NCBI RefSeq assembly: GCF_031769215.1
Contig: NW_026782330.1
Span: 558,001 to 622,000 of the forward strand
Length of the DNA: 64,000 nt
DNA from: Ylistrum balloti
Lineage: Eukaryota
Direction: 5' to 3'
Under the pieces are notes generated by a model. That model was not told the origin of the DNA. It saw nothing but the letters and a program-made list of their open reading frames with translations, and did not search any database. Both the position numbers and the translations under genes were made by a program. Of this stretch, positions 27,901 to 38,700 are shown piece after piece. Position 1 is the first letter of the stretch, and each line of letters begins with the position of its first letter.

Positions 27901-30900
27901 ACCTACCTATTATCATACCACACGCAGGTATTTGTACCTACCTATTATTTTACCACACACAGGTATTTGTACCTACCTGTCATTTTACAATACACAGGTA
28001 TTTGTACCTACCTGTCATTTTACCAGGTGCAGTGCCAGGCTTGTAGTCTGGTACAGGTGCTGGTGAAAAAGAACTGGAAGTTGCAGCTGCTGCAGTTCGT
28101 CTTTTACCACTGCCTGTACGTGAGCTAGATATCCCTGTGGGACTTGTAGGTGTTTCTGTCCTGGTCGGAGAGGTGACACGGGCTGATGCAGAAATGCCTC
28201 TGTTAGGCCCTGTTGGAGAGGTCACTCTGGCCTGTGGTGATGTGGCCCTGGGGGTGGTGTTACGAGCTGACCTAGGGGTACTACCCCGTCTTGGGGTGTT
28301 GGGTTTGCTGGATCTATCACTTGTTCCCTTAATGCTACCTTTTTTTTTAATGGACCCACCAAAGAGGTCAGCATCCATGTCTTCAAGATCCTAGAGAAAA
28401 AAATGACACATCCTCAAATATCTCCATGGCAAAATGGGCAAATGCCTGGCACATCCTCATTACAGAAAATCTCAAGGTCAGAATGGGGAAATCCCTGACA
28501 GAAAATCTCAAGGTCAGAATGGAGAAATCCCTGACAGAAAATCTCAAGGTCAGAATGGGGATCTCCCTGACAGAAAATCTCAAGCTCAGAATGGAGAAAT
28601 CCCTGACAGAAAATCTCAAGGTCAGAATGGAGAAATCCCTGACACAGTGAAAACAGCAATGAGTAAAATCAACAGGTGATAGTCAACATTATGTTCAGGT
28701 GAAATCAGCAGGGCACGGATAGTCTTTTACAACATTCTAGACCCTATCTAACAATAACTTAATTACCATACCTTCACAAGACTGTTGTTTAATTGAGTGT
28801 GACAAGTGTGTTGATTATTGATATAAATGATTGTTCATGCATATCACGTCCACTTACCACCTGTCACCCACTCCATCAAATTTATAAAAAAAATCAATAA
28901 TGAAGCAAATAGGCAGTTGATTATCCCCTTGTATCACTCATCTGATATGGTTTAGTAAAAGATGCTTCATCTAAACAAATATCCATTTTTTCCTATCAGG
29001 CACTAACCCTCAGGAAGTCAGACCCACACTTAAACATTCATCCAATAAGGATTGTTCTGGCTAAATTTGGTCAAAATATCTTCAACCAAATAAAAGAAAT
29101 ATTTTCCTCTTTCTTGCCTTCTTGGCCCCACCCCTCAGGCCCCAGAGAGATCAGACCCATCATTTAAATAAAACTAAATTCCTTTCCATGTTAGAAGCTC
29201 TGGCCCAAATTTAACCTAAATACTTTTGTCCACAACAGAAGAAAAACTCTTCCTCTATTTTCCTCTACTGGGCCCCATCCCTCTGGCCCCTTCAGGGTCA
29301 GACCTACAATTTATCAGAATTGAATCCCTTTCATCTATGAATGCTTCAGTCTAAATCTGCACAAAATACAATAATTCTTACAGAAAAAGGATTTTAAAAA
29401 ATGTATTTTCTGGTGTTGGTCTCATCCCTTAGGCCTCTGGATCATTCAGACCAAATTTGGACATTATCCTGTCATTCCTTCAGAAGACACCTTTTAAGGA
29501 ATTTACTACATTGATTCCCATATTTAGTGTTGCCCCTATGACCATGGAAGTTTGGCCCCGTCATTAGCCATTACTGGCCACCTGACTGACATAAAAGTAA
29601 AGCTAGTTAAAACTTACAGCAATGCTCTTCACCACCTGATTGACATAAAAGTAATGCTAGTTAAAACTTACAGCAATGCTCTTTGCCACCTGATTGACAT
29701 CTGCTTCTGATACGTCAGACAAATCATCCTCGGCTGTGGCTGCCAGGTTACTGTAGAAGTCATCATCCCTGGTAACAACGATAACAAAATATTACATTTC
29801 TAGGTTTGATAAGATCAGCTGCTGTAAATTGGGCACATGTAGCTGATCCAAAAATCTTCTGTGTTACAATAACTAACACTTCACTTTGTATAACAAATGG
29901 CATGCCAATGATCAGACCACCAATAGGACTGTTGTATAACAAATGGCATGCCAATGATCAGACCACCAATAGGACTGTTGTATAACAAATGGCATGCCAA
30001 TGATCAGACCACCAATAGGACTGTATTTAGAATGGTGACCATCTGTTTTCCAATTTACTGATTGAAAAACAAGATGTATTAAGGAAACTCTATGGAGTGG
30101 GACATTAAAACTGTACTGTGTAAGTCTAACTGCATGCACACCTTGTGAAATACTATGTCTTCATTGTGGTAATGATTTGATATTATTTTCAAATGTAGGT
30201 CAAAGGTCACATGGTCAAAAATATTGGTACCATTAGAAAGGTTTTGTCACAAGGAACACATGTTAAATATGAAATCCCTACCTCTTATGTTGTTATAGTT
30301 ATGGACAAGGTTAGAGTTGACAACAGCCAAACAGACAACACAAAACAATAGGCCCCAGAACTTTCAATCCCGTGGCACAATAAATTTTGCAAGATACCTA
30401 GGTGTTCTTTACTACAACAAGTATAATTACCTTTGTCTTTTATTGGCTTTGATTGTTGGTGGTGATACCTAAAATATGTATAAAGGTTTGTCATCAATTT
30501 ATGTATCAAATATTTAAAAAGTTTATTACAGCAGTAGTATATTAAATTACCTTAATTAATATAAAAAAATAAATCAAGAGATTAAGACAAAACAAATTTC
30601 TATTTCCTTCACTAAGTATCATGATGTGTAATACATCAATATCAAGTCATACAAGACTTAAAAAACTTACGTTTGAAGTGACTTTCTTCTTTGGCACATC
30701 TGTGAAAGTAAACAAAAACATTGAGTTTATTGATGCTTGTACAACAAGTCCAGGGTTTTTCTTTCGCCTTGATTTTAGATTGCATTGGTTAACATGAAAA
30801 TATTTGCATCTGTGTCTTTTTTCTATTGACCTGTCTAAACAAGTTGTCTACAAAGTACACTGCTTTTCTTTGTGAAAACCAAAGGGCATTACTACTGTTT

Positions 30901-33900
30901 ACATGTACAACAAATCAGTAACTCCAGATTTACAAAACATACCATCATCTAGGAGATCCCCCAGAAGATCATCTAATCCACTTCCTTTGGCTTCTGCAAA
31001 ATGAAAACATAGAATCTCTAATCATTTTCAACAGAAATATTCATGGTTTAAATTTTCATAATTTTACAAAATGCTTCAAGTGGAAAGTGAATGATCTACA
31101 CAGAAGAAAAATAAACATATAAATCAAATTATGATTACAAAAAACTGATTTTTTTTTCAAAAAAGTATTTTTTTCCTAACTTCAGATTTTGTCACACTGA
31201 CTATAATGCCTGATATATGATACACTAGTAACAACAGTGGCAGTACATGTAGTAAGAAACATTATGGAATATTTGAGCAATAAGGGCAAAAACACTCTTC
31301 ATTTCAGTTTTCAACATTCCCAAAATATTTTTTGACAAATGGCATCAGTGGAACTAGTTCCAAATGTGTTTTTTTCAAGATGGCTGCCATGACAGCCATT
31401 TTGAATTTATGACCCTCACAAAAAAATAACAACATTTATTCAAGACCATCTCAGGACCATTTAAAGCTCAATCTCATTGATGGAACTTGAGAAGAAGTTC
31501 AAATAAGGTATTTGTCAGCTTCCCTTCCTTAACCTTTATGCCATTTTTTCAGCTCCTGGGCAAGTTTCAAAAGTGTTTTTGAAAATGACAGTCATATTGG
31601 ATTTTGAACCACAAAAATTTAGAGCACTTGCTCTGGACCATCTCATGATTATTTCAGGTACTGGTAAGTCTTAACTCAATTCATGCATACCATCAAAACT
31701 GTCATCCTATACTGACAATTCTTATAAAGTTATTTGCAGTGGGAAATAACCGAAGTTATGTTCAAAAATGCTATTTTTCTATGAAAGTTACAGTAAAGTC
31801 TAAAAAACATTCTTTCCCACAAAACATGTAAGATTCATTTTGGTAATTAAAGATGCTTCTATTCATGAAGAGCATTTGATTCTACCAGGGGTCAGTCAGG
31901 ATCAACATGGCCATACAATCATGCGTCACCCTTCACCTATAATTCTAACCAAGTTTGAAATATTTTCAATGGAAATTAAATACATTATTCTCAAAAATCT
32001 AGTTTTCCTATATAAACTATTGTAAACTTTACCCCTCCCCATGGGGAAATGTGAGACCCTGGGGCCATGAAATTCACAATTTTGGTAAAGCACCTTAAGA
32101 TGCTTCCATTCATAAAAGTATTTGATACTACCATAGCTGGGTATTGAGAAGAAGATTATTGAAATTTAAGTCAATTTGACCCCTTTTGGCCCCGCCCATC
32201 AGCCCCTGGAGAGTGAATACCAAATATATCTTTCACTTGTATGACAGAATATACCGATATTATTACGGATGCTGCTCATATTCATCAAAAACATCCATAT
32301 TTTGTTATACTCATGATACGATATTCAATGGAAAATCATAATAATATTATTTTAATGCATACAGAATGGTAATATTAATCAAGTGTTACCATAGAAGATA
32401 AGTTTTTATACTGATCAACAAAAACACATATTCACTAAATATATTGGTTGGTAACACTTTTGGACACACCAACCATCTGACCAGGGCTATGTCTAGGGTG
32501 TATGAAACGTTATTTCCAAGACCGCTGGGCAATGCATAGATTTCTTTTTGACTAAAGCCGTATAGAGTATACAAGTATCACAGGTCTTTCACTTTACTGA
32601 AATATTTTCACTATATAATGTTTTTTTCCTTTGGATATGTGATTGGTTTGGAAAAGTTCCACTCTATGTCCTCTAAATACTGATCAGTTTTCATCCTTAT
32701 TCTTTCTATAAATGTAGAGAACATCACTTACTACTTGATTTCTTGCTTCCAGATGAATTACCAGGTGTCCATTTCTAAAAGTACAGAAAGCAAAATAGAA
32801 TGCAAACTTAAGTTAGAGACATATATATTGAGAGCAAAAGGGATAAGAAAATTATATAATTCAGCAATCACTTCTGTGTTTGTTCTCCAACAGTTAAGTG
32901 ACTGAAGCCTCTTTTCCATAAATTAAATGTTGGCAGGGTTTATCATCCAATGAACAGTCAGGATCATTTGGAGGTGGAACCTCCTCGTAGTAGCTAGTGG
33001 CTACCTAACTCAACAACATAAGGGTGACCCATGGCATGCCTTTAACAGCAATTCATTAATTAGTGTAAAGTGTCTAATTACCAAAAGACACAACAATGAC
33101 AGACTAGGAGCTTCCTGAGAAACACATAAACCAATACAGTGAAGAAACATATATATGCACCTTGGATCTTCATTTGAAGATAAGTGGCCAGCGCTTTATG
33201 GTACCACCTGAGCTGTCATGACCCCTCAATTTCCTAGGGCCCATGACTTAAATATGTGAAAATGACCAAGTTTTTCATTGAAATTGAAAAGATTTGTTGA
33301 GTACTTCAGATGAAAACTAACACATAATAAAGGACAAATGACATTTCTTCACAGTGTTCCCACTCACTTTTCAAAAACTGGGGGTATGAAGTTAAAAAGT
33401 GGGGGTATGATTGATGTTATAGGTATATAGGGTCAAATTCCATGTTTCTTTTCAGTTCATATTAGTTAATGTGTTCTTTATGGAATATGAGGATGAGTAT
33501 GTTTGATTTATTGTTCTAATTTTATTGTTTCACTGAAAATTTTCAAGCATGTTTTGGCAGCGTTCATGTACACCTTTTGTCGTTTTGTCTGAATCGATAG
33601 TAGATGATCTTTTGACTGCTGATGTCGCACAAGCAGTGATCTCTGAAAATTTTTGGTTCCTTTACAAAACGGCGAAAATTTACAGTGCGGCATTTCCTTA
33701 CATAGGGAACAGAACATACCGGAATCTTCTTTTCTCAGCCAATCGAATTCTGACAGCCATTTCTGTTGAAAAGTTTTTGGATATTGTGCCGATGATGTTT
33801 TAGTATGTTTTCTTGTTTCAGACGAGCTGTCTATTTCATCATCATCTCTACTTTTTCGTTTGTTTCTGCTAACAGCAGACGATTCCCAAAAGCTATTGAG

Positions 33901-35185
33901 TGTCACCTGCGCCATTTTGTGTATACATCTATGCATTCGGGTATCTCGGTTCTAGGCATAATCCGCATAAAGCGGCCCGACACGTTCCGAAGGATTATCA
34001 TAAGTCTGGCGGGTTGAGGGGCAAGAATTAGTGATTCATAAATGTGCGTGAATATTACATATATCTCTGTATTTTCTTACGTGGGAATTTACATTTTAAA
34101 CGTGAATTACGTACATATGTGCGTGAATGGGAACACTGCTTCATATTCCATTTTTTATGCTACAATGAACAGTATAAAAGGTTTTTATTTCATCAAATTT
34201 CACCATTAAGAGTCAAATTAGTAATATCCAACTTAAGAAATGTCATACTCTACTTATAATTAGGCAATTATGAAACAACAAATTCATTTAGATGAGATTC
34301 CTTTGATAAGCATCCTAGATTGAAGATTCAGTCCTAGGAGTGGTTATAGGTGTGAACTAAATCCAGAACAAGAATAGTAACATGATGCAGAAGTGATTTG
34401 TGTTTAAATGCATGCTACAGCATTTATTAGTAAATGTAACAAATGGCTATTGGAGACATTAAAACAGAATGAAAGTACCAAAAATTGTAATGGTTTACTC
34501 TCTAATTTAAGTTATATGTAATAAGTACACCAAATTGTTTATTTCACTTACTTAACTGCTTTTTTTAGACATTTCTTATGTATGCACAGGGTAATCTTGA
34601 CCGGATGTGGTTCATTGCTTACATCTGTCCTACATGTACAATTATACAGTCCGATAATAAGATTTGTCTCAGATTATGCTGCCAAATTTTGCTTACTACA
34701 ACCAGTGTTCCAACACCTGATCCTATTCGACATAATACCTTGTAATCAATTGTGAAATAAATTACTTAAACAAATAGAGATTATCACATTTCACAGGTTG
34801 GTAGGACATATATTTTCATAATTTATGTGAATTTTCAGTGCATTATCCTCTCAAATGAAAGGATCTCTGTACTGTACTGCAGTAGTTGATAAAATTTCTG
34901 ATTAAAAAAAAATAGAAAATCTATTGCCAGTGCATCTACCATGTCTACATTTAAAAAGCATAATCAGGTTATTCAAAACCAACATGATAAAGTGATGATA
35001 ATGGGCTAAATGTAATTTGGAGTAACTAATTACTTTGAAGCAAAACGTAAACAAACTTCGAAATGAACTTATTCAACTTGTATAAACACGAAATGTCAAT
35101 GCATCGATAATCAAGATAAAAGTGATTTATACATGTATCTTTATCTCATTTAAATACCTATGCGGCAGAAACTTACATTGTCCAT
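6980..35185 (-). CDS. FBF1: Fas-binding factor 1 homolog (centriolar transition-fibre / distal appendage coiled-coil protein), about 1450 aa, 31 coding exons
   Basis: Exons traced by hand with GT-AG ends and consistent phase: 35177-35185, 32732-32774, 30943-30993, 30671-30699, 30431-30468, 29672-29768, 28012-28390, 27281-27376, 26943-27083, 26638-26730, 25782-26099, 25432-25519, 24641-25117, 24224-24319, 23596-23645, 22948-23165, 20975-21286, 20666-20782, 19752-19852, 19083-19130, 17688-17846, 16791-16898, 16441-16580, 15818-15936, 12496-12618, 12213-12356, 10426-10644, 8220-8357, 7841-7955, 7296-7498, 6980-7063. These sum to 4353 nt and end in TGA. FBF1-like motifs recognised from memory: GLDDLLGDLLDD, DLEDMDADLFG, EFNEDDPLAGLISDEDD, FLFGAYQP..RRSVRF, C-terminal coiled coil (IRKLEIERDY..., LQERLAKQQDDNDQERQRL...) and terminal DQKYLDEQNMFLYTL. 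Small exon ends and possible extra cassette exons are uncertain. Confidence 0.87.
7541..7838. repeat. Minisatellite, about 46-bp unit, about 6 copies, filling most of FBF1 intron 29
   Basis: CCATGCTGTCATCATACTGTATATAACCTGGGTTTAACAGTGGGTA; starts at the donor at 7840. Confidence 0.95.
8362..10308. repeat. Highly homogeneous 60-bp minisatellite, about 31 copies, abutting the FBF1 exon 28 acceptor
   Basis: Successive 60-nt sequence lines are identical; a 15-nt interruption occurs near 9606 and 10281. Confidence 0.98.
10717..10936. repeat. Minisatellite, 38-bp unit, about 5.5 copies
   Basis: GTTGTCTGTGGAACTGTGGAGTGCTCCCCAAAAACAAG. Confidence 0.95.
11123..12059 (-). mobile_element. Helentron-type non-autonomous element (HINE-like) with central tandem repeats of about 157 bp
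   Basis: One end has AACAAGAG, a GATCCC-AGA-GGGAT hairpin and subterminal GGCACCCACC. The other end has hairpin CCCACCGTCT-ATT-AGATGGTGGG (12030-12052) followed by an A-run. The CCAAGATGGC unit recurs near 11390, 11550, 11705 and 11860. Confidence 0.65.
13085..15812. repeat. Minisatellite with interspersed 63-bp and 75-bp units, about 40 copies
   Basis: Core GAGACAGTCACTGACATATCTCAGGGCATAAAACAA...CCCATTAYATCACACAGAAAACACTG with an optional 12-bp GGTAATTGACAA insert; produces the 21/25-aa periodic ORFs. Confidence 0.98.
17105..17628. repeat. Minisatellite, about 23-bp unit (AATATTTACCTGTAAGTCTGTCT), about 22 copies
   Basis: Direct reading; lies about 60 nt into FBF1 intron 21. Confidence 0.93.
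17880..19093. repeat. Minisatellite, 19-bp unit (AAACATACCTGTCTACTAT), roughly 60 copies, overlapping the FBF1 exon 20 donor
   Basis: Direct reading; the minus-strand unit is ATAGTAGACAG|GTATGTTT. Confidence 0.97.
20165..20677. repeat. Minisatellite, 38-bp unit, about 13 copies, overlapping the FBF1 exon 18 donor
   Basis: Minus-strand unit GCTGAGGCTCRT|GTAAGTAAACAATCTMTAAGGTCAAG. Confidence 0.97.
21432..22460. repeat. Minisatellite, 48-bp unit, about 21 copies
   Basis: AAACCTTAGACTGAGGCCAAAAACATTTAGACTGGGACAATAAGGATC. Confidence 0.97.
27878..28022. repeat. 35-bp tandem repeat, about 4 copies, overlapping the FBF1 exon 7 donor
   Basis: Each unit contains AG|GTAGGT on the minus strand. Confidence 0.9.
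28462..28643. repeat. 36-bp minisatellite, about 5 copies
   Basis: CAGAAAATCTCAAGGTCAGAATGGAGAAATCCCTGA. Confidence 0.93.
29585..29700. repeat. 54-bp tandem duplication spanning the FBF1 exon 6 donor
   Basis: ATGTCAATCAGGTGG..AAGAGCATTGCT|GTAAGTTTTAACTAGC occurs twice on the minus strand, 54 nt apart. Confidence 0.9.
29886..30025. repeat. About 45-bp tandem repeat, 3 copies
   Basis: GTATAACAAATGGCATGCCAATGATCAGACCACCAATAGGACTGTT. Confidence 0.92.
30140..30385. mobile_element. Degenerate interspersed-repeat fragment (HINE-like end)
   Basis: AGGTCAAAGGTCAC...GTCACAAGGAACACATG..AAATATGAAA.CCCTA...ACAGACA...AAAACAATA.GCCCC...GGCA.AATAAA resembles a bivalve repeat end I recognise from memory; not verified by search. 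Confidence 0.4.
31330..31680. mobile_element. Degenerate repeat fragment related to CAAGATGGCTGCC-type HINE internal units
   Basis: Contains CAAGATGGCTGCCATGACAGCCATTTTGAATT and GTCATATTGGATTTTG, similar to the units in the 11.4-11.9 kb element. Confidence 0.4.
33352..34138 (-). mobile_element. Internally deleted hAT-superfamily DNA transposon (787 bp) with 5-bp TSD, in FBF1 intron 1
   Basis: TIRs CAGTGTTCCCACTCAC (33352-33367) and GTGAATGGGAACACTG (34123-34138) match at 15/16. Flanking direct repeat CTTCA at 33347-33351 and 34139-34143. Carries an ORF encoding a TTF-type zinc finger. Confidence 0.85.
33508..33936 (-). pseudogene. Truncated transposase N-terminus (TTF-type / hAT-associated zinc finger), 142-aa open frame
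   Basis: FQQKWLSEFDWL...MFCSLC...F.KGTKNFQRSLLVRHQQSKDH matches the F..W...F.WL / FCxxC / HxxSxxH pattern of hAT transposase and ZNF862-like N-termini. There is no room inside the TIRs for a DDE core or dimerisation domain. Confidence 0.7.
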
Positions 35186-35387
35186 TTTGTCTTCGATTGC
35201 AGTTCCCAATATCTAATTATAACCGTCCATTTACTCAAGAAATGCACTGAAATGAGTGACTAAGGACGCCTTCCTTTCCACTGGTAGCCGCCATATTTTT
35301 CATAGGCCACGTGACTCTCGTAAGAAAAGACGAGAGCCAAACGAGATCACAGTTTCCACAGCAACTACGACGCCATATTCCAACAAA
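35186..35387. promoter_or_regulatory. Bidirectional FBF1/NME5 promoter with RFX X-box
   Basis: The two ATGs are separated by 202 bp. X-box GTTTCC-AC-AGCAAC at 35352-35365; CACGTGAC E-box near 35308-35315; YY1-like CGCCATATT near 35289 and 35371. Confidence 0.75.
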
Positions 35388-38300
35388 ATGACAGGTGAAA
35401 CGGAAGGAGACAAAGTTGTAATGTCCCCTCCACATATCTATGTGGAGAGGTCATTAGCAATTATAAAGCCCGACGCAGTGCAAAAAGCAGAAGAGATTGA
35501 AGATATCATTTTACGATCAGGATTCGCAATTTTACAGGTGAATTCATGACTTGATTATTTATGTTTACATCCGAATATCCTTCCACTGGCACATGCATAA
35601 CATTAACAAGCATGCCAGTTTCCAGTCGAAATTGAAGATGGCTTTAATTTAATAGGCAACTTTGTCTTATAACTATGACAAGGAAAATGCCATGCTAATG
35701 TTTTACATCTAAAATAAATACCATCTGTTTGACACGATAGTGTCGATCTACTTTATTGGAAAGGTATTGTTTTTTTTTATCAATCACTGATCTTCAAATT
35801 TAAAATGGTAACTATCCATTCCTTTTTCCAGAGGTGAATTTAGCTTAGAGCATGTCATGAGATACTCATTGTCAAATATTTAATTCGTGGATTGTTATGA
35901 AAGACATCATTAGTTCATTAATCTGGTTTTACACCATTGTTATCTGTTCAGGAAACACTACAAGATACGGATAATGTATAGTTATTGATGTTTAATACAA
36001 GATTTAGTTTTTATGAGAGTTTGTTAAGACTGACTCAGCATCTCCGTGTTTTTAATCACTAAGATCAGCACCAAGATGTCCAAGTACCTGGTTATTTGTT
36101 ATAGTATTTCATGGTTTGGTACTGATTCACACAAAAGCAGTTCCAGAATGGTTAACTACCAATGAGTTTTTATAATTCTAAGTTTGAATTTTGATTTTTG
36201 AGTGGAAAGAATAAAAGTAAAAACCTCTTTTATAAAGTCCACTTTTTCAATCTTTTGTTGTATAAGTAACCTGCTGAATTTTCACACATATGATGGTATG
36301 TTGATAGTCTTAGAAATATTTTCATTGAATGATACCAGACCTAATTAATATTTTTGCTCCCCTCCTGGATTCTTCACTTCAAATTACCACTATCATAATT
36401 AAAATGTTCCTCTTTCAGAAAAGAAGAGTACACTTAACACCAGAACAAGCCAGTGATTTCTATGCAGAGCACTATGGAAAGTTGTTTTTCCCTAGTCTCG
36501 TGGCTTATATGAGCCATGGTCCCATAATAGCTTTGGTTATTTCAAGAGATAATGCAATCTCTTACTGGAGAGAGCTAATAGGCCCAACCAACACATTGAA
36601 GGCTCGACAGACACATCCAGATTGGTAAGGCATCACATGCTCAATATCAGATTCATTCATTAATATATCAAAATGAAAATGTCCTTTTTTTCAATATTAT
36701 TGAGAGTAAAATTATTCTGTCAACCTTGTCAATTTTTAAGATGCCTTCCTTATTTTCAATCGAAATGAAGCTGGTTCATTTGGTAGGTTTATTGCCCTTG
36801 AACAACCAGGGTCATTGTGAGGATAAGGTTTTTTTTCTAGTAGTTGGTGGCTACATCCTACTGTTTTGTCAGAGAGGGCTTTTGAAACATGTTTACAGAC
36901 AAATTTGTCTTGCCACAAACTGTCTTCTCAATTTCAATTGGAAAAATTGACAGATATACATTTAAAAAAAGAAAAAGTAGACTCGTGTGAAACTATACAC
37001 AATATGAGCTATCTATATATGCTAATTTTATACCAGGTGCAGATGTAGAAACATCATCATAGATAAATCTTTGACTATATTTAGTCATTGCTTCGTGTTA
37101 TATTTGTTGATAAAGTTAAAACTTTATTTCCAACAGCTTGAGATCAATTTATGGTACAGATGATCAGAGAAACGCCCTTCATGGAAGTGACAGTTTCACC
37201 ACTTCTGAAAGAGAAATTAGATTCTTCTTCCCCGATAGTAAGTACAATTTCTTTGCAGCAGATAGGTGTATTTTAGAGAAGGAAATAGACTTGAAATAAT
37301 ATCTTTCATGAAAGTCTCCAGACAATGTTGTTAAAATATTGAAAAAAATGTGGAAATCAAACTTTCATATCATTTGAATGCCACTGCATGTACATATAAA
37401 TCATTATCATGTAACATATGATAACCATCAAAATTTACATTTATTTGTATCTTTATTGAGTAAAATGCAAATGCAAACTATGTGGTGCAACACATTATTA
37501 CAGTGGAACTTCTCCAAACTGAACCATACATAGGGACATGAATATTTGGCAAGTTTATGGAGAGTTCAGATATAATTGAATCAATATTGTTCTGTACATT
37601 ACATTATCAATCATTTGTATTTCAAATATTATGATTATACTCATTAAAATAAAATTCTTATTTCAGGCATAGTTGAACCTGTACCTGTCGGACAGGCAGC
37701 GAAGGATTACCTAGCCAAGGCTGTTAACCCCACCCTTCTCAAGGGACTTACAGAACTCTGCAAACAGAAGCCAATTGACCCAGTTGTAAGTTTCAAAATA
37801 TTTCTTTTTAGATTTTCTTCATTTGTTTATTGGATTTAGAAATGGAAAGTATAGGAAAAGAAATAACATATATTTTTAAAAATACTAAAGGAATTTCATC
37901 TTTCTGTTTCATATATGAGTATGAAATATTTAACACTTTACTGTTTTTATACAACCATCAAACATTTTGATGGGATGTATTCTGGTATGGCTTTGTTTGT
38001 CTATCCACTGTAAACTTTCCTTTATCCAGAGGTCTCCTCCTACAGTTTTTTAGAAAAAATCTTTTCCAAATTTGGAAGTCTTAATCACCATGATGTGAAG
38101 TTGTGTATTAGTGATTAGCAGAAGAGTTACTTCCCTTTGTTTTCATGCTAATCTTGTCTCTCAGTTTTCCACAAATCTCTTTCAAACTGGGTTGGCTTAA
38201 TCAAATACCATGACATGAAGTTGTGTATTCCTGAATTGCAATTTGATTCACCTGTTTTTATAAGAGTTGCAACCCTCAGTTTTTAGCCAACTTCTTTGAA

Positions 38301-38700
38301 ATATGGTTGGCTTTAAAACTACTTACTGAGACTGAAACACCATTTTAATTTTTTTCGAGAAGTTATTGCCCTTTGTTCTTCTCAGTGGTTTAGTCTTGTC
38401 TAGTGTTTTCTTTCCTTTCTCCCATCTCCGTATCATTTATTCTATTATATATAACTCTGTTTTCCAGCTCAACTCATTGTTACAAATTTCAATAGTTGTA
38501 TCCTTTTCTATTCAATAAATCATGAGTATTTCTTTGACAGGGGACAGTGTATATTGTTTTGCCCCAAAGTACTTGTTTATGTTTAGATCTTTGTTTAACA
38601 CTTTATTGTTTTTTATGTTTAGATCTGGCTTGCGGACTGGCTTCTAGAAAACAACCCCAACAAACCTTGTGTCAAACAACCATTTGTACAGGAAGCATAG
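35388..38700 (+). CDS. NME5: Nucleoside diphosphate kinase homolog 5 (NDK domain plus C-terminal Dpy-30 domain; radial spoke protein), 217 aa
   Basis: Exons 35388-35537, 36419-36624, 37137-37237, 37667-37785, 38623-38700 (654 nt, GT-AG, in phase). Motifs YVERSLAIIKPDAV, YMSHGPIIALV, RNALHGSDS, and Dpy-30 segment DYLAKAVNPTLLKGLTELCKQKPIDPVIWLADWLLENNPNKP. Confidence 0.97.

Noticed and set aside
33159-33210. AG...GT-bounded segment as an extra FBF1 exon
   Set aside because: Phase is incompatible with flanking exons 1 and 2 (phase 0), and the phase-0 reading contains a stop.
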